DNA of 55,728 nucleotides, filler included, from Sphacelaria rigidula (Eukaryota): NCBI GenBank assembly GCA_964200075.2. It is 5 parts of 5 records of this genome, joined end to end, with 100 filler letters (N's around TTAATTAATTAA, not from the genome) between each part and the next. Parts side by side here need not be neighbours in the genome. Positions count along the whole stretch, not along the records: positions 1 to 11,067 come from CAXNAA020005445.1; positions 11,168 to 22,233 come from CAXNAA020005446.1; 3 more parts are not named here. One strand, given 5' to 3'. Under the pieces are notes generated by a model. The model did not search any database, was not told the origin of the DNA, and saw only the letters and a program-made list of their open reading frames with translations. Below, one piece after another: positions 1 to 11,888 of the stretch. How positions within the stretch are numbered: position 1 is the first letter of the stretch; the number at the start of each line of letters is the position of its first letter. Position numbers and translations under genes: made by a program.

Positions 1-213
1 ATGCGAGGTCAATGGTCTTATGACTATGGCATGCATGATCATGAGTACCCCCCCCCCCTCTGGAGCTCCGTCTCGAAAGGGATGCGTGGTTAATGGCCAA
101 ACGACTAAGGCAAGCAACAAATGAGTACGCCACCCCCTCTGGAAGAGGTGAGGATAGAGAAAAAAGCAACTCATTGTAGACTGTCATCCATAGCAAGATA
201 TAATCAGTAGGCG

Positions 214-412
214 TCGGGCCGAACAATCTTGCCAGGATGCAGCTCATCCTTCGTGCGACTCGCTGAACACACCACGGCGCTTCGCGCTTGTTGATTGAGT
301 GCGAGCCTGGTCCAGCGAAATCCCGGCGTGCTCCGTCCCGGCTTTGTGGGGATGCGAGGTCAATGGTCTTGTGACTTTGGTATGCATGATCGTGAGTACA
401 CCCCTTCCCCCC
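214..412 (+). repeat. High-copy interspersed repeat family (also 1-48; 2283-2650 and 25620-25975 reverse; 31050-31192; 26739-26762)
   Basis: Shared gcgagcctggtcc..gaaat..cggcgtgctccgtccc..gatgcgaggtcaatggtc..gcatgatcatgagtacacccc. A related block gtctcgaaagggatgcgtggtcaatgg sits at or near contig ends (68-135, 22165-22233, 22357-22427). Confidence 0.8.
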
Positions 413-2906
413 CCCCTTGCCTATCACTGAACGACTCATATTCCCATTTGGGTGATGTTCAAGAAACTGCTGTAGCTTCAACGGATCTTGTCGGATCAAG
501 GTACTAGACAAGGCATGTTGTCCGTACGAGTGAGGGCTTCAACCTTTGCTCGGGGTGCATCGGCTGTACACAGTCCGTCATTCACGCCGGCTCTAGAATC
601 TAGAAAATGGTCCGGGGATCTGGAAAAATTGTAGGATCTGAATATCACGAAATATGCCGTCACTTGTTGCTCGTCTCGACCCTCCTTGGGCACTGCGTCG
701 ATTTGGCTCGTACTAAGCATCCCAACAGTAGCGCCTATTTCAGGACGTCCCCATACACATGCTCATCTTGTTGAGGGAACCGCTCGTTGTTTTTGTCTAT
801 GCTACGCCCGTTCGGTGCACCCGACGAGTTGCTCTTGATCACAACGCGTGCGCCGCAGACATGCATGTCTTGGTTATTGTCTAAACTGCACAAGCAGAAC
901 TTTCCGGTCAGCTGCAATAATTAAGCCGGTCGTGTATAGGTTTTATGCCCACTCACATAGTTTAGGCTTTCGGTCTCGCGCGCCCATCTCGGGTCTTCTG
1001 CAGCGCATAGGTATGGTACCGTACGGTGGTGTATCTACAGTATTGTGTACAGGAAGATATATATATGGATTGGTTGGCTGGTTCTCGCACATTGATCTCT
1101 CGGAAACGAATCCAGCCATCGCCATGTGAAAATTGACCGTCGCATCCAACAAAATAAAATAAAGGGACATACTCGCTGAAGGCAACTCGACACGGGGGGA
1201 GGAAATATATATATATATATATATATGAGGGAACGAACAAATTGAACTGAAAAACGAAGAGAAGAAGAAACAGGAAACAATACGATAATGGGTACGTTGG
1301 CTGGTGTGTGGGTGCCTGGATTGGAGTTCTGCCACACAGCGGAATGGGATAACCTGTTCCGATATGGATATCGGAAACCATGCGTTTTGGTTCACAGTGG
1401 ATACCGTGTATAATAGCAGATGTGAAACGTCCTTCGTCCGCAAGGTGCAGTCAACGCGACTATTATTACGATAAACGCCTAACGAGCCGCCACAGAGCTT
1501 CCGCCTCGCCTGAAATATGTGGAGTGGGCCCTGCCGTTTCTGTGGAGGGATATTCGTTGTGCTGCATTGCGCAAAATCCGGCGTCGACAACGAACGTGCA
1601 CGAGTAAAAATGGATCTCAGTCTACATGCCGATCAGCGACATAGATTCCTCTCCCAAAGTGCAACGGAACTCCCGCCGCCCCCGAATACGTGGGACAGGA
1701 TGAACCAATATATCTTGTCTTGGTTTCAATTTACGGGGGGCTTATTGTGATGGACTGTCTCTCTCTCTGTGGGGAAGAAATGCGTTTCATTTCAATGTAA
1801 ATGTAGTATCGAAAATGATGTTGGAAGTCCCACGCGACAGATCTTACGACAGCCCGACGTGAGACAAGACCGCACGCACCGCACCCCCAAAAACACAGGA
1901 GAAGAAGAGTGGGCTACTTCAGAAATAGAATTTTGCTTTGAAAGGTTGGTCGCTTCCTACTCCCTCCTTGTGAAGGACACCGTGTTTCCTTTCCTTCTCA
2001 ACGGCGTGATGGAATTTTCCTGGCTGCCGCTCTCTCAGCAACCTGGCGGTGGGGGCTGGGTGCTACACGCGGACGATCTTGCTAACCGTGCAAACAATAC
2101 CGCAAGGTAAGACTATAACCCCTTGGGGGACGCAGGTCGCCAAGAGTCCTTCGTTCGGTCGCAGCATTTTGAAGAAGGAAAACGTTTCTGCCGACGAAGG
2201 CGAGGAGATTACATAAATCAAGAAGGAAGGGGAAATACGAAAAACAAGAGAACGTCCGGGGAGTGATTCTACGGTAGGTAGGAGAGTACCCATGATCTTG
2301 AATGCCACAGTCATATGACCATTGATCTCGCATCCCTACAGGGCCAGGACAGAGCACACCGAATTTTCGCCGGACCAGGCTCGAAATGAATGACCAAGCA
2401 CGAAGCGCCGTGATGTGTTCGGCGAGCCGCATGAAGGGTGAGCTGCATCCTGCTAGAATTGTTCGACCCGGAGCGTACTGATGATCCTGCAAATGGATAG
2501 TAGCCTCGAATGAGTCGGTTCATTTTCTGGTATCGCTACTTCCCACGGCTTACACACTGCCTCATGGATGTCTCACCATTCAGACACTCTACGCAATATG
2601 GATGATTATCTCCTTTGCGCGCGATGGAGGTTCTCCCACCCCGTACAGCATGATCTAGCTAGACCACCATCATGGTTGCCGCCAAAAAACCATAAGCGCG
2701 CAATAAAAAGAAAACGGTAACCTGGTTGGTTACCTGGCTTACGCAGTGAGTGGCGTGTTTTGCAGCGTCATGCTTAGGCCCAGAGATTGTTATGGATAGG
2801 CTCCTACAACAAAGAGTGACAGAAGAAACACGTGCACTCCTACCGTGGCATTGCTTGTTGTCAACCGACGCCAACCCAATATGGAGCCAAAGGTGGTCGT
2901 GAAGCC

Positions 2907-2926
2907 TTCTCTCCCTCTCCCTCCCT

Positions 2927-2988
<62 letters not shown>
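2907..2988. repeat. (CT)n microsatellite
   Basis: Direct dinucleotide run. Confidence 0.95.
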
Positions 2989-2989
<1 letters not shown>

Positions 2990-5900
2990 GGGTTATTTTT
3001 ACGTGATAGTGCGTATTTGCGGTGCTTAATGAAGGGGTTGTCGGGCGAATATGACAAACGATCTCCCACGCACCCCACCAAGCACACTGCCACCCCCATC
3101 CCGAATTTCCGCAAAAGTGAAGGATCGGAGCGTAGCGGGATCTGCGGTTTGTGTATCGGTACGAATCGTTACATAGTGCAACGGATCAAGTTGCCGGATT
3201 ACAGCGAAGCAAGAATCGGATTCAGCGTAATTGGGAAAAGGAGTGGGAACGACAGTACAGTACGGCCTTTATTCAACAATATCGTCAAGCAACGCAGCAG
3301 GCGATTTCGATTTCCCAACTCCCCCACCCAGCGGGGAAGTAGTATCGTGGTAACCATGTAGGATAGCAGAATGCGCTTTCTTGCGTCAATACGCATACAA
3401 GTATAAGATACTTATGGGCGTGCGGTGCACAAGGAGCACCAGATTGTAGAGATGCTACTCGAGACGGAGGCGATATACCGCCTCTATCTTGAGTTCGGGA
3501 TTAGTGGCATTTCGCACCGTTTCCTTGCGTATGCTTGCCGAGGAAAGTTTAATAAAATTATTCTAGATTCACAAGAGAAGCAAAATCACGTGCATTTTTG
3601 GTACGAGTATTGCACACCCTGGACAAAACATTGAGATCAATGACTGAAAGTTGCAGTTTTGTAATTATTGCAACTGTTGACAGCTACTGCATTGCACGTA
3701 TTATTTTGTCCAGGGTGAGATATCGTACCCAGCCAGCCATTCTTCTCACGTATTGTGCAATTCCCCAAACCGTGTGTACTCAAGGGACCCAAGACTCTCA
3801 CTATAACGTATTCGCGAGTCTTCAAGCTACTACTTGATTGAGGTGCTGGCGTCGCTGGAGGGCACGAGGACTCAGCTTTCTCATGTTGTTGGGGGTCTGT
3901 CGCCTGCGGTTGGAGTCTTTGGAGTGGGAAAGTTGACCGCGAGTCAGGGAAACTATCAAGTCGACGAAATCGACGAGCCCAGTTGCGGAGCTGTTAGCCA
4001 ATCCCCTGGGGAATACTCTCACCCCATAAAAGGGGTTGGGAAACGATGAGGTCAATTACCAGTTATCGATATGTGTCAGATGTGTCCTGCAGTTGATGGC
4101 CCCGCCTTGTGGGGAATATCTGTAGAGTTTTTCAGCTGCTTTCCGGCCAAGGTGGCAAGTAGTCATTTGTGCCGCAAAAACCGATGATCCGTGGGGGGAA
4201 GGGAATTTCAACGTTGTGAAATTGTGCGAATGAAACCACAAACCATGGGCTTCTTGCCCAAGCTGTGCACTGCTAGGACTTTATCAACCCCGTTCCCCAC
4301 GAAACCACAATTCAGACCCTGATTATCTCCACCACATCGCTGCCTGCCCTCTATCCTGTAGGGGAAGTCAGGCGCCAGTTTTGAGGGATATATCATATCG
4401 GAATTGATGGACTCCTTGGTTGCGTAAGGATAACGCAGCGAAATTTCCCGCATGATACTTTTGAGCCCATCACGTCGGTGGCACACATGAACGGATGTAC
4501 ATAGCAGAGCCCCAGGCTGAGTCGTGAGACCCTAATTCGCCACAAGACGAACTTGAGAACCCTCGGGCACGGGAGCCGCCCAAAGCATAGACGGGGTCCG
4601 TACTCTGGGTATGTCGTTGTTAGGGCCCACAACGATCGTCTGTTGGGTCTGGTGAGTCGAGTCTGCTATGTATGGTGAGAGGAGCAATCGACACCGCAAA
4701 ATGTCCAAGTGAACGGCAGTGAAGGATTTGAGAAGAGGCTGAAGTACAGCTACTCTGACTCTGCACTTTGTTGTTGACGGTGCACAAGACCCCTGACACG
4801 CCCAAGCCGAACGCTGCAAAGACCGAGAACACGTCTCAGGCGCGGGGGTACACATTTACTCGTGGGTAGCAGGTGTCCTGATATTCTGTACTCCGTGTAT
4901 GAGTCTCGGGTCCCTTCTGCTCCAAGCCAGTCGGGCCTAATGCCGATGTGGTCGTTCGGGGACGGTAACGGTACGAACACTTGCATTCTTGCTTATTTGA
5001 ATGGAAATATGCTTACATACTCGACACATACTGTGCTGTAACCCCAACCTGAGAAACGGGAATTGACCCCGTCCCCCCGGTGGGCACCGGCGTCTCCTTT
5101 TCGTTAGCGCCATTTATATGGTGGCTCGTTCACATATGTTTCTGTTCCTCATCTCGAGAATTAAGATCGTTAGATCGACTGAGGACTTTGTGGCTCTTCC
5201 TTGTACGTGTTTTTGGTTCAACCATGCTGGGGCATAAACCGGATGTTAGCTGTTAGCCATGTTAGCTGTTAGCCATGTTCCGTTTTCTCGCTGCCTCGAG
5301 CTCGCGAGCATATGTTATGTTCGAAATATGTTCGTTGTCCGCCGACTTCCTCTTTTTGCCGAGCCAGCTTTTTTGCCCCGACGCCGTGACCAACACAAAA
5401 AACAGTGGGTGATCGTAACATGCTCGGGACAACCTATAAACTTCCGTTCTACGCATGTATTTGCGAAGGAGAAGTCACATCCCTCCGCGAAGCGCTCCCC
5501 TCATGATCGATACGTGCTCAACAACAAAATCCAATATCAACGCCAAATGAAGACAAAAAATGAAAGCAGGCGGTAATGATGCGAGATGTCCTCGCCGCAC
5601 CCACTACCTACACTCTATTGAAATACCAGGGACCCTTTACCCGCCGTGAACTACACATACATCTCCTTTCCCCTCTCCATGTTGAAGTAGCTGAAACAAT
5701 CCGTTAACCGTTAGACCGCGATGCGGGTACAGTAGTCCATCTGGATCACACATAGTTTTTTCATGTGAAATTGATGCCGACTCAGCAGCCTGGCAGGTGA
5801 CCTACCCTCGTGGTCAAAAAATTAACAGACCAGAAAGGATTCAAAGGTTGAAATCGGTCCTGCTCTATTGGATCTTGCCGTCTTGAATTGAAATCTAGGA

Positions 5901-6108
5901 TCACACATCGCTGGCAGGGACGTACATCAACGCATCAGCTTTGCTCCTCGTACCCTACTCCCTCACAACAAACTGCCTTCCTTACTCATACCGCCACCGA
6001 TCTGGTAACACACAGTCGGTTTCTCCTTTGCCCCCATCCTTTCTGCGAGAAGAATCTATTTATTTCTACACTTCTTGGTGATTCACGGTACACATCATCA
6101 GCTCCAGA

Positions 6109-9100
6109 ATGGTCAGGGACAAGCGCACTCTCGCAATTCTTGCAGCGGCATCGGTGCTCGCTGTGGGATCCGTGAACGCGGACAAACACATCCGAGGATA
6201 CGGTATTCGTCACGGGCGCTCGCTTCAGGCGGTGAGAAGTGCAGTGAAATAGAATACAACAGTACACGTATACTGTAGCGCAATCGTCATGTTTGCATAC
6301 CTACTGTGCTGTCGTTTTCGTTTTCCACGTGTCGTTGTGAGATAGATCCCTTCACGGGCAGCACATTGCATGGTTCTATATCGACTGTGATTGTGATGAG
6401 GATCCCCGCTGGCTTGTAAGTGAGGGGTGTCGATAGAATGTGTAGTCGACGGGAATTGCACCGGTTGGTTGGTGAAAGTACGAAAGCGTCGTGCAGCAAT
6501 ATGCCTGCGGATGAATGGATAGTCTGTGGTGGGTCTTCATTATTAACCCTCCGACCGCGAGGGTAGTCCATCTCGATCATGCGATGTTGAAGTGAAATTG
6601 CTGCCGATTCATCGCATGACCTGCCCTCGCTAGGGGTTGGGGCCGTTATCAGGGGTATTTTTTCTCAAACTCGAGGTTCCCGATACATTTGATGGTGAAT
6701 TGCTGTGAAATATACCGAGAATGTCGATACTATCATGCCCGAGTTTTCTGGTACATTCAACAGTAATTTTCGTCGAAATATATCAGGAACCTCGCGTTTG
6801 AGATACCGCTATTTACCCTTTGACCGCTAGTATAGATCACCTGCTGAATCGGCGTATGTATGCGCGATCCAGATGGACTACCCGCACCGCTATCAAAAAA
6901 AGGTTAACCCTTGGACCACGAAGGTAGGTCACCTGCTGAATCGGCATCCACATTCACTTGGAATAATTCTGCGTAACCCAGATGGACTACCCGCATCGCG
7001 GTCGAAGGGTTAACGGGACTTTTGTTTTGAAGTTTTCGATTTTCGGGGAATTTCCGACTTTTCCGAACAAAGAAAAAATCAAGAAACAGAATCCGAAGCT
7101 AAATATTCCGAGTAACATGTCAGTCTTGAAATTGTTTTATTCCTAGAGCTGGTTGAGGAATCTGTTGTCCCGTTTTCGGGCAACTTTCTTTTTTCTCCGA
7201 AAACCATAAAACATGGGAAAAATCAGCCGCGCCAAAAACAACCATTAACGGGCGTGTTTTTAGACATATCGTCTTTTTCTGAAAAATTTCCGACTTGAGA
7301 AACTAAAAAACCCTTGATCGCTTAATTTTCCGGGTAATATGTGTTCAGTCTTGGATTGTTCCTTCGTTGACCTCGTTGTTCAAAAAAATTGTTGTCACGT
7401 TTGCCGGGGGGGGGGGGGAGAGGTTTTTCCCCCTTCCCAAAAGTCTGAAAGTCTGAAAAAAAAAGAATACAGCACCGTTTATGACCAAAAACACCAATAA
7501 TCGCCAATCATTTGCGTACTAAACAGTTTCGACGTTTTACTGTGCGTGTGTATGTACAGTATGCGCAACAGGTGGTTTCGCATGCGTGCATCCCCGCCTG
7601 GCTCCTGCAGTGACCAAACGAAAGTCGCGAACCCCCCTGTCCCACGGATTTGTTGGGATAATGCCGCGAATCAAGAAGCATTGCTGTTCGAACGAAGAAT
7701 AAAAGACAGGGGAACTCCACACTTTCGTGAAAAAAGTGTTCAATTTCGACCCAAGATTCATCAACACTCCCGTCGTGATCATGATCCAACCGAGGAAATA
7801 GTAGAAAGGCTGTAAAAATATGTGGACGTTCCAAAAGTGAACACGCATCGCCGTAGCCACCATCCTGCGAATAACATTGCTGTTGGGACTGGCCTTGTTG
7901 CCCGCGGCAGGCGGAGACTGGTTCAACGGACCTGGGCTGCTTCCGAGACTCCCAGGATGACCGTCGGTTCGAGTTGGGCATCAGCGGTCCTGACAACAGC
8001 CAGCAGGTGAAAGCAATTACCCGACGAGATACAGATTGGTGTGTTGCTCCGCTGTGATGACTGCAGCGATAGTGTGTTCCGAAGCGCTTCTTGGCAGGTT
8101 CCCATGTACCGTGCGAATGAGTATGTACCACTTCGCCACCAGTTAGGTGCGTGAGTACGAGCTGGGCCAGCTGACAATGATTTTTGAATGAACATTGGTG
8201 ATGCGATTGGTAATTCGGAGTCTTGCGCTGAAATTTTGACACTTGACATTTTGATCGTAAACCTGCGCAACCCTATTGGGAGTGCAGAGGAAAAACAAAA
8301 AACAGGAAGTTGAAGCGAATTACTCCATAATTGGGGTCTCCCCATCACTTGATTTTTACGGGTGCAGCAGCGTCACGGGAAATGTTTGAACGCACGGCCC
8401 AATTCGACGGCTCTTCTTGAGCTGAAATATCAGGTAGACCTTCTGTTGTACCCAAGGAATTGATCCTTCACGTGAGCAGCTGCAGATTGTCCTTTTTTCC
8501 CTGGACTTGACGTTGTCTTGTTTTTGCTGAAATTTCAAATCCCCAAAACTTATTTTCTTTTCTTTTTCTTTGCTGCGCACTTAATCTTCTGCATTTCGAC
8601 CATAAAAAGCCGCTGTCAAAATTTCAGCGTCCAACTCCTAATATCGTGCCATGTGTCGCCTGAGCGAGATTCACGCCTACTTTTGGCTGGCCCAGCTTGT
8701 ATAACTCCGCGAAAAATGTTGAAAATGGCTGTACCTCAAACAACATTGTGGGTCACTTGCGTCCGGGACATCCTGGAACGTTCCGGCCAAAAATACCCAC
8801 CTAGGTTGGGCGCCGCATCGCGCACTTTTCGTGTGACACGGCCGCTCCCCCTTTCATCCAAGTGATCCAGGAAACTCACAGTTATGGAGGTCATGAGTTC
8901 GAATCCGTATAGATCCTGCTTTTTTCCGTCCGTTGTTGAAGTTACATACTTCGTACTATGCAGTACATTTTCTGCATCTTTTTTATTTATTCAGCGGCGG
9001 TGCCGTGTGTTAGCAGGTTGGTCTGCAGTTCACAGCGATATGCTCAAGTCGCGCTGATTTGGGAAACTTGAGAAGTTGTGGTGTCGGGAGCTACTGTGGG

Positions 9101-10617
9101 ATTTACTGCTGGCCCAGCTCGTACAACCTCTATTTTTGACACGGGGGGATACACACAGGTAGTCACACGGTTGATAGAAATTGAAAAAAACGCGCCTAGC
9201 GGGTAGTTGTAACTTTCTCTGTGCTTTATTTGGACGTGTCGAATCATCAACTCCCCCCGCCCCCGCCCCTCTCTATGACTGCGCTCCTCTGGCTTAAAAG
9301 TTCTGCTACGACTACTGTAAGCTTAAAGGCTCATACAAGTACTACGGCCTGCAGTACGGCCGCGAGTGCTGGTGCGGTGTCGCCGGCGCCGACTACGACG
9401 GACTGGGCGATCTCCCTCAAGACAGTTGCCGCGACTCTTGTCCCGGCGTCCCCGAGGAGGATTGCGGTGGTAGAAACGCCATGCAGGTGTTCGAGTACTC
9501 GAGCGAAGAACCAACGCCTACTCCAGCGGCTGGCGAGTGCTACGCGGATGTCCCGCTCGACCGCATTCTGGCGGATAAGAACACCGTCCGTGACATCACC
9601 ATTGAGGGCTGCAAGTATCTCTGCGAGGAGGACCCTTCGAATGCGTGCCACGGGCTTCAGTACGGCGTTGAGTGCTGGTGCAGACCTGCCTCCAGCGACA
9701 TCAGCCGACACGGAGAGTCTGACCGTTGCACCATGAGATGCGGTGGAGTCGACGAGGAGATCTGCGGCGGTAACAACGCCATGAATGTCTACAGCATCGC
9801 CCCGATCGTCGATGGCGAACTCGGGTGCTACGCGGATGTTCCGTCGGATCGTATTCTGGGGGACAAGACTAGGGATAGCGCCATGACCCCCGCGAGATGC
9901 AAGGAAGTCTGTGAGGCCGACCCCGCCAACGCGTTCTACGGCGTCCAGTTTGCTAACGAGTGCTGGTGCGGACCTGCCTCAAGCGACTACACCAGGCACG
10001 GCGAATCTGACCAATGTACGATGAAGTGCGCCGGGGACGACGGTTTGATTTGCGGTGGCCACAACGCTATGAGTATGTACACTCTCGGCGAAGAGGGGTG
10101 CTTTGAGGAGCGTGAAGTATGTGAGCTCCAATCGGACTGCTGCGACGACTTGGTGTGCCGCGGTACTCCGGACTTCGCCCCGGAACTAGTCAAGCTGTGC
10201 CAGCAACCGCTAGAGCCCACGCCGGCTCCCGTCAACACGTGCCTTGAGGAGCGCGAAGTATGTGAGGTCCAATCGGACTGCTGCGACGACTTGGTGTGCC
10301 GCGGCACCCCGGACTTCGCCCCGGAACTAGTCAAGCTGTGCCAGCAACCGCTAGAGCCCACGCCGACCCCCGTCGACACGTGCCTTGAGGAGCGTGAAGT
10401 ATGTGAGGTCCAATCGGACTGCTGCGACAACTTGGTGTGTCGCGGGACCCCGGACTTCGCCCCGGAACTAGTCAAGCTATGCCAGCAACCGTTGGAACCT
10501 ACCCCAGCGCCGAGTGGTGACTGCAAGAGAGCGGGTTACGTGTGCGTCGACAGCTATGACTGTTGCACTGATTTGACCTGCGAGAATGGAGTCGGAAGCG
10601 AGAAGGTGTGTCAATGA
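6109..10617 (+). CDS. Secreted protein with 3 WSC domains and 4 knottin-like Cys-rich repeats (3 exons: 6109-6231, 7911-8006, 9301-10617; 511 aa)
   Basis: Exon 1 MVRDKRTLAILAAASVLAVGSVNA-DKHIRGYGIRHGRSLQA (signal peptide) ends at a GTGAGA donor. Exon 2 (cag|AETGSTDLGCFRDSQDDRRF...QQ|gtgaaa) gives the N-half of WSC1. Exon 3 (aag|FCYDYC...YYGLQYGRECWCG...CPG...CGGRNAM) completes WSC1 in frame with the 9481 ORF. Two more WSC units follow (GECYAD..HGLQYGVECWC..CGGNNAM; LGCYAD..YGVQFANECWCG..CGGHNAM). All junctions are phase 0. Confidence 0.9.
6815..7013. mobile_element. Tandem pair of ~100-bp TTAA-type MITEs (family also near 5704-5825, 6542-6640, 27278-27381, 27581-27770, 33169-33262)
   Basis: Shared core gaccgcg..gggtag(t/g)cc/tcacctgctgaatcggcatc...ccagatggactacccgc with ttaaccct / agggttaa ends; 6908-7009 has TTAA on both sides. 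Confidence 0.7.
8158..8699. mobile_element. TA-flanked MITE (Tc1/mariner-like) in intron 2 of the WSC gene
   Basis: TA-CGAGCTGGGCCAGC ... GCTGGCCCAGCTTG-TA. The same terminus recurs near 9108-9123, 12972 and 30580. Confidence 0.7.
10099..10614 (+). repeat. Coding tandem repeat, 141-nt (47-aa) unit: three near-identical knottin-like modules plus one divergent copy
   Basis: First Cys codons at 10099, 10240, 10381 and 10522. Pattern C-x6-C-x5-CC-x4-C-x13-C (x9 in the last copy), followed by a PLEPTPAP/PLEPTPTP linker. Confidence 0.9.
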
Positions 10618-11067
10618 ACAGTGCTCCGGCCTAGACCTGCTCTGGACTCAATTTGACGTAAATTTCTCGAGTTGATGGTGCTCACTCCGACGTCTTGCGG
10701 GGACGACTGGGGGCCACACGCACTGTAAACCACGACGACGAGGCATGGCGATTCCGAACGCGAGGGACTCCCTCTTGTTTCTCACGGTAATCCACGCGGA
10801 GCTTCCGAACGACTTGTCAGCCTAGGCAGTCGAATGTTTCCTCAAAGACAAGGGTAGGAGTATGTAACCGTCCACAACGAAGATATTGTGTCGGATAGAT
10901 GACCGTTTTGTATCCCGTTTTGTTGGATTCCTCTGTCCGCCGAGCACGGCGGGAGATTCTTGGAGCTGATAGGTTGGCTGGTTGTAGTTGTGTAACTCAC
11001 TCTGGAAATGAGTGGGGGAGACGAGTAACTCAAAGGTACGGTGAGAAGTGACAACACTAGAGGTCCT

Positions 11068-11167
11068 NNNNNNNNNNNNNNNNNNNNNNNNNNNNNNNNN
11101 NNNNNNNNNNNTTAATTAATTAANNNNNNNNNNNNNNNNNNNNNNNNNNNNNNNNNNNNNNNNNNNN
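11068..11167. other. Artificial contig linker (N44-TTAATTAATTAA-N44)
   Basis: 100-nt spacer with a six-frame stop core; identical spacers recur about every 11.17 kb. Confidence 0.97.
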
Positions 11168-11888
11168 TTAGTAATTTTTTTCCAATCAAAAAAGGGGGGA
11201 TAGTGTTAAGCCATTTTTTTATTTAAAGAAAAAAATAATTCGACCCCCCCCCCCCCCCCCGTCCCTCAAGTGTTGAAAGTGCGCTCCTGAACGCACCCGC
11301 GAAATGAATTACCCTAGGAACGCGTCACCCAATTTTGTGCCTTCAGTTTCAGGTATGATACTGTCAGGGTGAACGCGAGCCATTCCAGGGTAGAGGGAGA
11401 AGGGGTGTGAGAGGTGTGCTTTATTTTTCGCCCGAAAACCGCAACTTTTCAAGTGTTGCTGGAGTAAAAGGTCTCACAAATTGTCTTCATGGCCTCGATA
11501 TTCCGCTATGTATTGGTAACGTAACGAGGCTTTTATCGTATCCAACAAAATTGAAGGTACAGAGGCGGTATGTCTCAGCATAGCGCGGTGGGTCGCCAGC
11601 CCGGCATGATCGTGTACGGGGACCGCCGTACCAAAGTAGTTCAGAGCAACTACTTGATATTAGTGCGGCAAGCCGATCGAACTCATGACAAGTGTTTTTT
11701 GACCGCACTGTAATGGGACCCCCATTGTACAGAAGAGTGCGCGCGCCACGGAACATTTTTCGCACCAATGATTGACCCCGTCATTCCGGCCCAAATATTA
11801 CGAACCACTACTACCGTGGGGTGGCACAGTTCTCGACCCCCTTCCTTCCCTAGCGACGCGTCCAACAGTGCTCCTTTAATTCACGTAC

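Noticed and set aside
3410-3480. Ankyrin-like fragment (HKEHQIVEMLLETEA)
   Set aside because: Single short match with no supporting exon structure or further repeats.
9481-10617. Stand-alone 378-aa ORF starting at 9481
   Set aside because: This ATG is internal; the frame extends to the acceptor at 9300 and upstream exons supply the signal peptide and the first half of WSC1.
11112-11123. Palindromic TTAATTAATTAA recurring every ~11.17 kb
   Set aside because: Synthetic six-frame-stop linker embedded in Ns.
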